Positions 24,548 through 36,920 are shown, counted from the stretch's first letter. The stretch: 64,000 nt of DNA from Plasmodiophora brassicae (GCA_036867785.1 CP145426.1:310001-374000); one strand, 5' to 3'. Notes: a model not told the origin generated them from the letters alone. Numbers and translations: made by a program.

Positions 24548-26576
24548 TCATAGTTCATTGAAGAGGCGGTTCCACGCCCCAAGCTTCATGTGCATCTCCA
24601 CGGTAAGTGGGTCGAGCGAGCTCCGGTCTGGGCCGATAAGGTCGCCCGACTCGGAAAATATGCATTCACAGGGCACTGAGCTGCCCTGGATCACGAATAC
24701 GTCTCGAGCGAGCCGGCTGATTGTGGGAAAGCGCTCCTCATGCGCTTTCCACCACTGCAGGATATCTTTGCAGGACCTGTCGGCGCGAGCGGTCATGAGG
24801 TAGAAGTCATCGACCTCGTCGTCTTTAGCCGCCTGATCTCCTTCGGCCTCTGCAAACAGATCGAACGCGACATCCACGTCGTCTTCCTGTCGAGGCGGAG
24901 CCGCTGACTGGTAGCCGTAGTTGGCCGCAAGGGTGCCGGACAGGTGCTCCTTCATGTTCTTTGCGTCGTCGCATGCATTCGATGTTCTTGGATCGAGCAA
25001 CAGAGCCAACAGATTCAGCTTCGAGCACATGTAAGGTTCGTATTTGGTCAGTTTCGTCAGCATTGCGGTGGCCGCGCGCTTAACAGCTGGGGTCGTGAAC
25101 CCGCAAGGGCTCCTGCCCGCTGCCGTCCGCTCGCAGAGATGCTTCATGTGCTTATAAATCAGGGACTGCATCGAGATCGTCGCGTACGCCGATCCGCTCG
25201 CCGCCTTTGTGCAGTTGTACGCATCCTCCCGGAAGTCTTTGCATGACTTGAGCACCCGCCATGTCAGCGGTTTGGTCAGGTCTGCGAACGCCTCGAGCCG
25301 TGAGGAAAACCTCGCTGCGCTGATCAAGTGAACTGCGACCTTCTCGAAGGTGAACCACCGGTCTATCATGTCGAACGTTGTGTTCCACCTCGACTCGCAG
25401 TCGAGATTCGGGACGTGTATCTGCTGTTTGGCAAAACCAAACAACACGCAAGCTTCCTTGAATGTGTCCGTAAGAGCCGATGATACACGAATGACCTATC
25501 GACACCAGTATTAATTACAACAGTTACAACCAACATAGACATGAGGCACCTTTGCAAACTCTCTCAACAGAGAAATTTCCGTGCGTATGACATCTAGTGC
25601 GTCCACCACACTCCTGTGTAGGATATGACAAACGCACCGAATGCGGAATGTGCCAATTATCATCCAAGTCAAGTTGCATCTCAGACTTCAAGTAGTCCTT
25701 GACCCGAGCAACAGCGGGGGGCATTTCACCGCCGTTGTCGCTGGTGACGGCCCGCACACGCGATGCGACGTTGTACTCGTTCAACACCTTAATGATCCGT
25801 TCTGACGTTGTTAACTGGTTATGCGGGCGGGGGAAATAGCTGTACTCGACAAGAACCCGTCGAAGACGCCAGCTCAAGACAATCCAGTGCCCGGTGAGGG
25901 CGAAGCACCCTTGCATCATGCGTGATGACCACCCATCGACTGTTATAGCTAGACGCCCTGGAATTCTGTCGAGGACCACTTGAATCTTCTCGCGCGCAAT
26001 GTGGTACTGATCAACTAACGACCGCACCAATGTGCGTCTGCTAGGAAGTTGGTAGCGCGGATCAAGGGTTTGCAAGAACGACTCGAAGTACGGGCTCTCC
26101 ACAATACTGAACGCTCTCTTCTCATCGACGATCCACGCAATTAACGCTGCCAGCTGCCTTTCCCGCGTCGAATCATCGATGTCTGGGCGACGGCTGCGGT
26201 TGCTGACGTCATTGTGAGGCGCCTTTCCGACAGGTCCGGTTGCGACCGGGCGCTCGATGTCGTGCGCGTGTTGGAGATGCCTTCCCAGAGTACTATTTCC
26301 AGTGTGGGCGCCGACGGTTGTTGATTTGTCGGGTTCGCAAAGAAGGCATATGCGAAGGTTCTCGACAGATGGACTCAGGCCAAAGTATCGTTTGCCCCAG
26401 AATTCGCCTCGATGCCGTTTGCCCGTTCGTCCACAGGCAGAAATCGAAGTCGACGGACCTGATGCCAAAGGATCGGGCCCCCCTGAACTCGATGCCAAAG
26501 GATCGGGCCCCCCTGAACTCGATGCCAAAGGAACGGAGTCCCCTGAAGGTTGTGATTCCATATCTCTGGCATTCAT
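24548..26576 (-). pseudogene. hAT transposase (BED finger, DDE core, dimerization domain) with a 7-bp frameshifting insertion
   Basis: BED CLLC..LGRHLQHAH; ITVDGWS; VTSDNG; CVCH lying in a shifted frame after the cattccg/cattcgg duplication at 25637-25650; ESRWNTT; SSVPCECIFS. Confidence 0.85.
26461..26548. repeat. 30-bp coding tandem repeat (about 3 copies) in the hAT transposase N-terminus
   Basis: gatgccaaaggatcgggccccctgaactc-type unit, encoding SSGGPDPLAS. Confidence 0.85.
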
Positions 26577-26721
26577 CCAGATTAGGACAGCAACACTGAT
26601 CTAAAAGAGCCATTGTTCATACCGATGAACTGGCAGATTGCTGACGTGCTCCACGTTCCGAATTCGGACTGAATCGTGGGTAGCGGCGCAGCGCAAAGTC
26701 CAAACGGCGCGCTCATACGGC

Positions 26722-26935
26722 CATACCGCTCATGGGAACACCCGAGCCGAGCTCAAACGGTGCGTCCCTACAGCTCATGGAGACACCCGATCCGATCGAA
26801 CGAGGCGCCCCTACCGCTCATGGAAACACCCGATCCGATCAAACGAGGCGTCCCTACCGCTCATGGAAACACCCGACCCGATCGAACGAGGCGGCCCTAC
26901 CGCTCAAGATGTCATTCCCCGATCCGATCGGATCC
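26722..26935. repeat. About 42-bp tandem repeat (about 5 copies) upstream of the hAT transposase
   Basis: Units of ccctaccgctcatggaaacacccgatccgatcgaacgaggcg. Confidence 0.85.
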
Positions 26936-27160
26936 GGACCTTCAAAGACACGGCATCGTCGGGACCGGACAGTTGGGACCGGTCCTCAACGGTCCAGGAC
27001 TGAACCGAACCGGACCGCAAGTGGGACTGGACCGGACCGGACCGAAGAGCGGCCGGACCGGACCGGACCGGACCGCGAGACGAGCAAGAAGGACCGAACT
27101 GGACCGGACTGCAAAAATTGGGACCGGACCGGACCGGACCGGACCGGACCGGACCGGACC
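26936..27160. repeat. Right subterminal (GGACC)n array of the hAT element
   Basis: Dense GGACC pentamers, including an uninterrupted run at 27121-27160. Confidence 0.85.
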
Positions 27161-27981
27161 GTGCCCACCCCTCGTGGGGACGTCCGGGCCTGCACTGCGG
27201 CACTTTGCGCGTGGCTGTGCCGATCCACGCGAGCGCCTGTGACGTGGCCCATTGCGGGGTGACACGATGACGGAGCGGACGACTCGTCGCCAGCTTGAAG
27301 CCGTGCGCCTGCCCCCTTCGGTGCCCGAGCATCGCGCGCTCTGCACTGACGACGACGGGGCGCATCCTTTGATACGACGTACAGTGCCGATCTCAGAACA
27401 GGTTGGCCAGCGGTTCCTGGGCGGGATGTAAACGGCTCTGGTCCAGCAACGCAGGGTCCGTTGCGATGGTCACCACAACGTTCAACTGCATCCGGATCGC
27501 GCGCGTAATCCGCTGATTCGGAAGAGTTGCCCTGGGAGAATTGCACGTCATTAGAAGGATGCGTCCAGTGTTTCCGTGCCCACCATACCAGTGGAAGGTC
27601 ATCACATCGTTCCTGGGGACGTTCCGGGTTCGGTTTCCAGCCCGGACGAGCAGCGCCTGGCGATCGAGTTGCGACAGGTCCTACGGGTGGTGGCGGGGGC
27701 GCCTGCACAACTCAGAACAGCATCGCGGAATGTACCACGGGTTGACGAGCTGGCGTATCGTCTGACGTCGGCCAGTCCACAATACATTGCGAGTAGGTGA
27801 AGGACACCTCGCTGCCGTTTGCGTCAGACAGGCAGTAGCAGTGATGGTTGTGGCGGCGGCCGGGGCAGTGATCGCGGCGCATCGGCCAGGCCCCGACAGT
27901 CCAGCGCGGTCGCGAATGTGACGTTGTTGGCATCGTCGAAGACGCAGTCCGCGTCGGGGCGGTGCCGGTGCCGCGCCCGCA

Positions 27982-30900
27982 ATGGGGCTCCTGGACGCCG
28001 AGTTCGACGCCGCCCTGGTCGCGCTGGGCGACCTGGAGCTCCCGGCGCCGTGCACGAGGTTCCTCGTCCTGGAGGCCGGCGTCGACTCTGCGGGAACCGT
28101 ATGGGGCGCGCGCGCGCGCGATGTCACCATGGGCGCGCCCGCCCTGCTGACGTCCCCCGGTCGCAGGTGCTGCGGCTATTCCACGAGGGGCACGGCGCCG
28201 AACGCGTCTGTCGCGTTCGTGGCGACTGGCGGGAGTGTTTCATCGACGTCGGCGACTACGTTAACGTCATCGGCGAGGTCTCCGTCCCCGTAATCGGCGT
28301 CGGCACGCGCGGCGCTTCTCGTTGACCTTCGCGCGGCAGGCGGGGTCCGATGGCGAGTACGTCGTCGACAACGAGAACAACATGATCATTGTGCATCCGG
28401 ACCGGCTCGTATCGGGGACGCGTGTCGGCTCCAGCGTCGCCTGCATGCGGCGCGCCGTCCTCAGCGAACGCGTCAACGTGCGTATCTGCTCCTCCCCGTA
28501 CGCTCTCTGAGTTCATCGTACTGCCTGTCGCAGGCGCCGTCGTCATCCGTCAAGGCCATTCGCGGTACGCTTGCGCACCAGCTGTTCCAGGCCTGTCTGA
28601 GGAGCGGCAACTTCTCTGAGCGGTTCGCCCGCGATCAGGTCGCTGACGTTGTCCGCGACGCCTACCTGGATCTGTACGGTCGACCGGGTTTGGCATCCCG
28701 TCTGTCTCCATTGGAAGTAACGCCGTCGTCGAACACAGGATCCTGTTTGAGGAGACCGAGCAGGACACGGTCCACTACCTGACGTCGCTCATCCCCCAAC
28801 TCCAGGCGTGGTCGTCCACGTTCTGCGGCCGTGCCGCTTCCGCCGACAGCGAAGTCCATTTCGCGGACAAGCGAGTGTCCACCCGCATCGTGGACGTTCT
28901 CGACATTGAAGATCAGGTTCTGGCCCCCAGATACGGTCCGATCGATGGGCGGTCGTTGTTTCGAGGGTTCGGTGGCTGAATGTCGTGCAGGGCTGCAGGG
29001 CAAGATCGATGCGACGGTTCGTGCTGAGTGCCGGGAGCTGGGCCCGCTCTCTGCAGCAGTGCCACGTGTCCTGCCCTTAGAGCTGAAGACCGGCAAGCCT
29101 CGTACGGCAGATAACGCCCAGTTATCGCTCTACACGCTGCTCCTCAGCGAGCGGTACTCGCCCGAGAGGGTCGAGAGTGGCCTGCTCCTGTACCTGACCG
29201 CACAGTCGGTGGCAATGAAGGGTGCGTCCCGAACTGGTCTCGTCTGCAGCAGCGTCCGGATGACTCGTCTCGTAGGCATCGTACACCGTCATGGCGAGCT
29301 GCGACAATTGATCATCAAGCGCAACATCATCGCGTCGTACGCTGTCGGCTCTGAGATGCACGGGCGAAGTGGTGCACTGCCCGCGTTGATCGATAACGAC
29401 CACTACTGTCGAAACTGTTTCCAGGTCCTCCGTTTCCGACCACGCCCGTTTCCTGCAGGTGACATGACCACGGTTGCAGGCCGATTCCTGCATGCTGTTC
29501 CGGAAGGCGTACGAGTCCTCTGACGATCGTGACCCACACCCATTGGACGACATCGTGGTACGCTGTCCGGTCTGCTGCGCCGACGAGGTTGATGACGTTA
29601 CGCGCGCTTCTACAGGGACATCTGAACGAGAACCATATGCGTTATTTCCGGTTCTGGAACCAGATGATCGATCTGGACTCGCGGGAGGCACGCCAACGCC
29701 AGTCCCGGATCTGGACTGAAACGAGCGCGACCTGCCAAGCGCATGGCCGCTGCGTTTCGAATGTTTGCCTGGACTCTGAACAGGTGCGTTTCATCCGCGA
29801 TGTCCCCGGTTGGCAGTCCCTATAGCTGATATACAGCAAGGTCATTGGAGAGATGTTCTTCTGCACGTTCAAAGCGTCTCTCGATTCGACGACCAATTTC
29901 ACGTCGTTGTACTTTGAGGAAGGCGACAAGGTGGCGATCAGCACCGAAGACGGACAGGTCGGCATAGCCACCGGGTTCGTCGTCAACGTCGACGAGCGCT
30001 CCGTTGTCGTACGAATCTACAACCGGCGCCTATCCGTCCGCTTCCAGCACTGCCGGTTTCGCATCGATAAGGACGAGTACATCAGCAGGTACGCCAACCT
30101 GCGCGGCAACCTTGTCGCCCTCTGTGCCCAAGCCCCGGATTCGGACCGTCTGCGGGACCTCATCGTCGACCTTGTAAGATGGGAACGGCTTCATTGACGG
30201 CCGGATTGGCACTGAACCGGGCCCGAATCAGAGATCGCCGCTCTTCGACATCGAGCGCGATCTGAGTGTTTCCGATGACGACCTCCGGGCTGCCTATTTC
30301 AACGACCTGAACGAAGATCAGCGGAAAGCGGTGCGGCATGTCATGGCAACGCAGGACTACGCGTTGATCCTGGGCTTTCCCGGCACCGGCAAGACTACGC
30401 TGATCGTGTTCCTGGTACGCCTGATGGTGTTCCTTGGCCAGCCCGTCCTGCTCTGCTGCCATACGAACACGTCCCTGGACAACATCCTGCAGAAGCTGGT
30501 TCCGATCGGCGTCCCGTTCATCCGCCTCGGCATCATGAACCGCATCCAGCGGTCGCTGCACGACCATACGCTGGAGGAGGTCTGCTCAGCAGCGGTCTAG
30601 CACCATTGATGCTAACCCAGTCTAATTCGCGGTCGAATGCCCAGCAACGCTTTCAAAGCCTACAGGAGGCTCGCGAGTTCTGCGCCTCCCAGCCTGTGGT
30701 CGGCTGCACATGCCTAGGTGCTTCGCAAACCATGCTGGGCAGGCGCCGGTTCGACTGGGTCATCTGCGATGAAGGTTGGGAACTGGCACGTTGTTTGACA
30801 TGCGAATGCCGATGCCTGTCCATGCAGCGTCACAGGCGACGGAAATCGCCATGCTGGCCCCGCTGCGTCTCGGGAAGCGGTTCGTTCTGGTCGGTGACCA

Positions 30901-31816
30901 TTATCAGCTGCCGCCGCTCGTCAGGGACCCGGTCGCCAAGCGCAGCGGGATGGATACCAGCCTGTTCCTGCGATTGTCAGAGGCCCACCCGCATGCTGTC
31001 AGTGCAACCCCACGTGTCGTGCTGGTCGCCCCATCCGCTGATTCGCAGTGACAGGTCGTCCAGCTGAAGTCGCAGTACCGGATGAACGAGGCGATCCTGT
31101 CGCTCAGCAATTCGCTGATCTACAGCAACGCTCTCGTCTGTGGAACGGACAAGGTCGCCTCGGCCCGTCTGCATCTTCCAGCGCCGAAGCGCCTCCCGAG
31201 GGTCACCGTCCCCGGCGCAACGTTCGACTGGCTCGGCCGTGCTCTGGACCCGGAACGCCCTGTCCTGTTCCTGAATACGGACGCGGTGCCAGCCCCCGAC
31301 GGCCATCGCGGCGAGCAGAACGAGACAGAGGCGGAGCTCGTGCTGGCGCTACTGGACGCGTTATCGGGCGCAGGCGTTCCCGGGAGCCACATCGGGGTCA
31401 TCAGTCCCTACCGGTCACAGCTCCAGCTGCTGAGACGGCGTCTGGGTGCACGACGGGGCGATGTGGAGGTGGAATCCGTGGACAAGTTCCAGGGGCGCGA
31501 CAAGGACGTCATCATCATGTCGCTGGTCAGGAGCAACCCGAAGAACCGTGTCGGCGAACTCCTGCAGGACTGGAGGCGGATCAACGTGGCGCTGACGCGA
31601 TCGCGGTACAAGCTCGTGCTGGTCGGGTCACAGACCACGCTCAGGCATTCCCCGATCATGGCCGCGCTGATCGACGTCATCCACCGTCAGCACACGGTCG
31701 TGGATCTGCCCGCGCGAGCCCATTTGTTCTACCGCCAGGAGGAGGCCGACGAAGGTGCGGGTGCTGCCGTCCCACAGGCAAAGCGGCTGAGACTGGGCCC
31801 TCCTGGCGATGGTTGA
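27982..31816 (+). CDS. DNA2: DNA2 helicase/nuclease (many exons; start approximate)
   Basis: HPDRLVSGT..CMRRAVL; GKIDAT; PLELKTG; CRNC (Fe-S); GFPGTGKTT; LVGDHYQLPPLV; QYRMN; VDKFQGRDK; RRINVALTR. Confidence 0.95.
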
Positions 31817-31932
31817 CCTTCCGCGAATGCCTTCGGGGGATACACATATACGAACCGATGACCTTTCGATCAGAAACCGCGCTGCTCAAGAATCGGCAAC
31901 ACATGGTGGGACCAAACGGTGACCCCCATACA

Positions 31933-34104
31933 TTAGTTCGCAGCGGGCCACGACGCCGACGAGTCCTGGTTCAGGTGCGTCTTCAGGAAGATCCTGGTGA
32001 GTGTTCGTCAGTAACGACTGGTGTGGGGGCATCGCCCCCAGCGGAACCCTACCAGAAGCCGGTGATGCCGGGGCTGAAATCCATGTACACGTCTTCCTCC
32101 TCGTCCTGGACGGCCGCCTGCACCGGGATCGGCAGGCCGTACAGCAGGCCACGAAGACTGGCGCCCAGCGAGTACCGCTGCAACAGCCGCTGCATGCCGA
32201 GCACGTAGTTCTCGAAGATGGTCCCGATGGGGATTTCGCTGTTGTGCAGGCGCAGGTAGGCGCACTGCGACGTCGAGTTGTCCAGCACTTCGAGCCGGAT
32301 GCCCGACGGCAGGCGGCCGCGGTCGACGAAGTAGACGCCCAGCTCGAAGAATGGGAAGAAGTTGAAGAAGCACATGACCATCCATAGCAGGGCCTCGACC
32401 AGCATGATCAGGAAGCGGACAATGGCGAAGAACAGGTAGTAGATGGCGACCGTGGGGAACAGGAAGAAGATCAGCGTGAACAGAATCGTCCCGAGGAGAA
32501 GCTGGTCGACCTCAAAATGGCACGAGTCGATCCGATGCTGGAGAATGTTGTGCTTCTTGCCGCTGAACAGTTTCGACAGCGCCGATAGCGCCGACAGCGC
32601 CAGCGAGTACAACCGGGAGAACGCGGTGTGTACGAACAGGATGTGGGTCGTCATCGTCGACAGCAAATCAATGGCGCAGGCGACGCTCATCGAGGCGCCC
32701 GTCGCACCCACGATCGACACGAGCGATATGATCATCGGCTCCAGCGGCGTCAGCACCGTCGTGATCGAGTTCCAGAAGTCGATCTCGTACAGGACCATGG
32801 CGCCCAGGGCCTGGTCCAGCGGCAGGTTCAGCTTCATGCCGGCGGGAAACCCCATCAGCCAGATGATCTGCCGTCGCAGCACGTCGACGTGCAGGATCTG
32901 CCCGGCGACATGGATCCCTTGCAGGAACTCGGCGGAATACCCTCGAAGGAGGACGCCGATCAGGAGGCCCGCGATGATGTCAGCGAGCAGCTGCGACAAC
33001 GACGACCAGAAGCGGATGAAGGTGATCGTCGCCTCGCATTTCGTCTGCCAGGTGGTCGCCCGCGAATGCAGCCAGAACTCCATCAGCTGCGTCAGCTCGC
33101 TGATGCGCCGGTCGAGCTGCTGCAGAACTGCGGACCTGTCCTTGAGGCGACCGCCGCCCACCAGCTGCGGCATCGGCGCGTTCATCGCCAGCTGGATGAT
33201 CGAGAACACGACCCGGAACAGAAACCATGTGACGCGACCTGCGTTCGTCGAGCATCGCGTCAACCAGCTCGCCGGCCGTGATGACGTTGCGGTCGGCGCA
33301 CGATCATCAGAGCGCTTGTCGGGTAGCCGTCGTTGCCGCAGAGACGCGGACGCTGACGAACGACGCGGGGACGTTGATGCTGAATCCGGGCCTGAACTGG
33401 CCAGCGCATCGTAGAGCAACTCCTCGACCTTGGCGGCGGCGTTGATCTGACGAAGGACAAACTGCAGGTCGGTGACGTTGGTGTTGTCGGACGAGATGGC
33501 GGTGGCGGCGCTCGGGTCGAACGTGAACCGCTCGTCGGACAGGTACGCGTTGCTGTGGGCGGGCAGGTTGTACAGCAGGATCTGCGAGCACGTCTTGTAC
33601 AGGAACCCGCAGCAGTACACGTTCGTCAGCGACGGCAACGTTGCGGACACGTCGACAGTCGCCCAGAAGTTGGCGGTCCGCATGCGGTCCTCGATGACCG
33701 GGTCGACGGACGTGGACGCGGCGGCCGAGTCGACGCAGTTGCCAATGACGGTCGGCGGGCACATCGTGTGCACCCATAAGCGTGCCAGGCCCGGGTCCCG
33801 CATCAACTGCGACAGAGCTGGGGCGCGCACACGACACCATGGGTCACCAGAGGGTACGGGTTTGGCATAGAAGGCGAACCCTACCGCGTTCCAGGACGGC
33901 CAGGTCGTTCCCGGGGACGACGGCGACGACGCAGGCGACGAAATTGCGGATGTTCCAGCCGATCAGCAGGCCGGGCGCGACGCCCCGGCCGCTGCACTCG
34001 GGCCAGTACAGCTTCGAGACGAACGATTTCTGCACGGACGGCGACGACACGCTGCGCCGCGAGTCGCTGCGCCCGATCATCGACAGCATCGTGCGCTCCG
34101 GCAT
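31933..34104 (-). CDS. PIGQ: GPI-GlcNAc transferase subunit PIG-Q/GPI1
   Basis: WLMGFPAGMKLN; LFSGKKHNILQHRIDS..VDQLLLGTILFT..FLFPT..YY; N-terminal LLIGWN. A short terminal exon ends at 31933. Confidence 0.92.
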
Positions 34105-34179
34105 CGCCGCGCGCCCACGACCGACCGCCGCAATCCGAAACCCCGTCTGGCCGACCAGGGACCAGTCGGGATTACGAAG

Positions 34180-34325
34180 TACTGTGGGTAGCTGCACGTG
34201 CGGCACAGTCGGGAGCTGCACGTACGATGCGGCAGTAAGCTGTACATGCGATGTAGTCAGAGCTACAGGTATGATACAGTCTGGGGGTGCATCCGCGATA
34301 CAGGCGGAGCTGCACCTTGGCGCAC
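34180..34325. repeat. Degenerate ~24-bp-period array with AGCTGCA core (about 6 units)
   Basis: tagctgcacgtg, gagctgcacgta, aagctgtacatg, gagctacaggta, gggtgcatccg and gagctgcacctt at about 24-bp spacing. Confidence 0.65.
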
Positions 34326-34579
34326 TGTCAGGCCCGACGCGTCTGCAACGGTAGGAGCTACACATACGACCCGGACGGATAGGCCGCTAGCGTGACGCAT
34401 TCGCGATGGCCGCGCCAGTCGATGTCGTTCATGTATTTGAGGACGTTTCCAAGTCAGTGCTGGATGATGGACCGGAGATGCCATAGCGTAGACGGCGTCA
34501 GTGATAGCGGTCCTGATCGTAACAAAGAGCATGAGAGTAGCGGAGCAGCTCTGAGCTCGCATGACGCGAGAGGATGCCG

Positions 34580-34621
34580 GGTAAGCAGACTAAAGCGGGT
34601 GGTAAGCAGACTAAAGCGGGT
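34580..34621. repeat. Perfect 21-bp tandem duplication
   Basis: ggtaagcagactaaagcgggt x2. Confidence 0.85.
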
Positions 34622-35416
34622 GTCGCCGAGCTCGTTCTGAACAACTCGATCCTTCTCGAGGTCGTTCCGCTTGGCTGGCTCCCCTCACGAAACGAAGCCC
34701 CTGTGTCCAGACGGATACCAGAGCGATGTTCAATCGGGATTCTAACTCATCGCAAACGCTATGGGCCATGGCCGATGTCCGACACAATAACCAAGGGTGG
34801 GCGGTCCACACGTCGCTGCCTGCACCTGGATGCCAGGCTTACGAGTTAGGACACGCAAGCCGAATAAGCCACGTACGGAGGCCCATGGGCTCGCAGAGCA
34901 ATGCAATCAGGATGGCAGTGCCGGCATTGACCCGGTCGACAGTGACCTCATAGATGTGTTGATGATGACGGAGGCGACGAAGGCGAACGAGGAGAGGACG
35001 TCAAACGGGCGGTCAACGTACTCATTCCCTCGACCATGATGCATTGGCTCATGACGTATAGCTCGCGCTGTTGGCCCAGTGGGGGTACCAGGCAACCCCA
35101 CGTGTAACGGCGCGTCTCTATATCGGCGGTGCCCACGCTGGACCCGTCGTCTTCGTCGACAGCAGCAGCGTCCGGCCCCCCGCGGCATCCATCGCATTAC
35201 CAGGTGGCGTGGCGGGCCCCAGTGCGTTACCGTCCGAACGCCTTTCCCGGGGACTATAATTAGCCGCCGACACAGTCGCGCAGTTTCGCTTGTTCCCCGC
35301 GGCCGCGTTGCTGAGGGGGCCGTCCTGGACGGCGGCGGTCGCTGTCGGGCCACTGCGGCGTCTGACGCGCCGCCGCGCACCGAGCGTCACCGAAGATCGC
35401 ACGTCGTACGAAGTTG

Positions 35417-36920
35417 ATGACTGCCGAGGACGCCGATCTGCCGGGCAAACCGGCGACATCTGCCGCGTTGCGCGATGGGACTGGTGATCCGGCCGGCGCA
35501 GACACGGGGGCGACGACGACGAAGGCACCGGCGGCCGTCTGGAAGTCGGTGGTGGCGATGTTCCTGCTGAGCACGCTGTTCCAATCGTTTAAGCCGTCGT
35601 CGCCGTTCCTGCCCGTGTTCCTGGTCGAGCACCAGGGCGTCACGAAGCAGGCGCTGGCCAACCTGTTCTACCCGGTGCGCACCTACTCCACGTTCGTCAT
35701 GCTGGTGCCGATGACGTTCTTCGCCGAGTTCGTCACCGGGTACAAACCCGCCCTGCTGCTCGGCATCGCGTCACGCGTCGTGGAACAGTTCATGTTGTAC
35801 TACTGCTCCGGCATCGGGTTGCTGTGCCTCAGCCAGGCCCTACGCGGCGTTGCAGCGTCGACCAAGACGATCCACGGCGCGCTGATGTACCTGATCATCC
35901 CGCATCACATGTTCCCGCTGGCGACCGGGTTCCTTCGCGCGGCGAACCTGGCCGGTCAGGTGCTCGAGGGCGTCATGAGCAACCTGATCATCCAGACCAT
36001 GGGTGGGCGCTCCGCGTACAGAGTCGTGTTCACCACGACGCAGGCGTCGGTGACGTTCGGTGCCGCCCTGATGATGATCGTCTTCGTTGCCCTGTCGTTG
36101 AACCGGGACTCGGCCAGCAGCCGCGATTCAGACCGGCCGCTGGCGCCCAAGATCACGTCGTTCCGGATGGCCAGGAGCCTGATCCGCACGGTGTACTCGT
36201 CGCCCGTTGTGCTCCTCTGGTCCTTCTGGTGGTGGACCGCGTACGCCGTCTCCGAGCTGGTCGACGACATGCACATGGCGCTGTTCCAGCGCATATCGGG
36301 GACGGAGCACAACGGGTTCATCAGCGCCGCCATCGGCGTCGTCTCGTTCCTTGGCGCCTTGATCGCCGGGAGCTCCAGCCGCATCCGACTCCACTCCCTT
36401 CGAATCGTCCTCTTAGGTACATCGGCATTCCCGGCGCCCATCCACAACATGGTCTGAATGCGTCTCAGGTCTGCTCCTGTCCGGGTCGTTCCTGGTTGCG
36501 GCCGCGTTCTGCAGGAACGTCCTCGTGTCGTACGCGCTGATCATCGGGACGTTCTTCGTGCTGGAGGCGTCCGCGGTCGCCGCCAATTCGATCATCTCGC
36601 TGCACATCGCGAAGGAGCTGCGCGGCCTGGCCCTGTTCCTGAACATGTTCATCTCGCTGCTCGTCCAGTGCGCGATCCAGTTCGCCTGCCAGATGCTCGA
36701 TTTCCGGATCAACCACAAGTTCGCCGTCCTCGGCGTCATCATGTTCGTCGTCGGCATCGTCATCTACGTCGCGTCGTTCCGCCTCATGATCGCCGCCACC
36801 GACGTGGCCGAGAGCACGGTCGGGTCGACGCTGACGACGTCGAGATCCGACCCTGGCGACCTGTCCACCGTTATCGAATTGCCTCCTCCAGCGACAACAA
36901 CAACGCACAATACAGAATGA
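35417..36920 (+). CDS. SLC19-family reduced folate/thiamine carrier (2 exons)
   Basis: FKPSSPFL..FL; YPVRTYS; GYKP; WSFWW; about 12 hydrophobic segments. Confidence 0.85.

Larger units (their letters stand above)
21584..24581. mobile_element. Nested two-ORF IS630/Tc1-like unit bounded by perfect 65-bp inverted repeats
   Basis: 21584-21648 is the exact reverse complement of 24517-24581. Encloses a DD34E transposase and a convergent unknown ORF. Confidence 0.8.
21393..27173 (-). mobile_element. hAT DNA transposon with a nested IS630/Tc1-type unit
   Basis: TIR (T)AGGGGTGGGCACGGTCCGGTCC at both ends; 8-bp TSD GTGGGGAC at 21385-21392 and 27174-27181; subterminal GGACC arrays; hAT transposase. 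Confidence 0.95.

Noticed and set aside
26676-27365. ORFs with GPDRT/PVRSG repeats
   Set aside because: Translations of the GGACC subterminal repeats, not genes.
27267-27860. Separate small gene or 5' exons of DNA2
   Set aside because: Coding-like but no consistent exon chain or motif could be established by eye.
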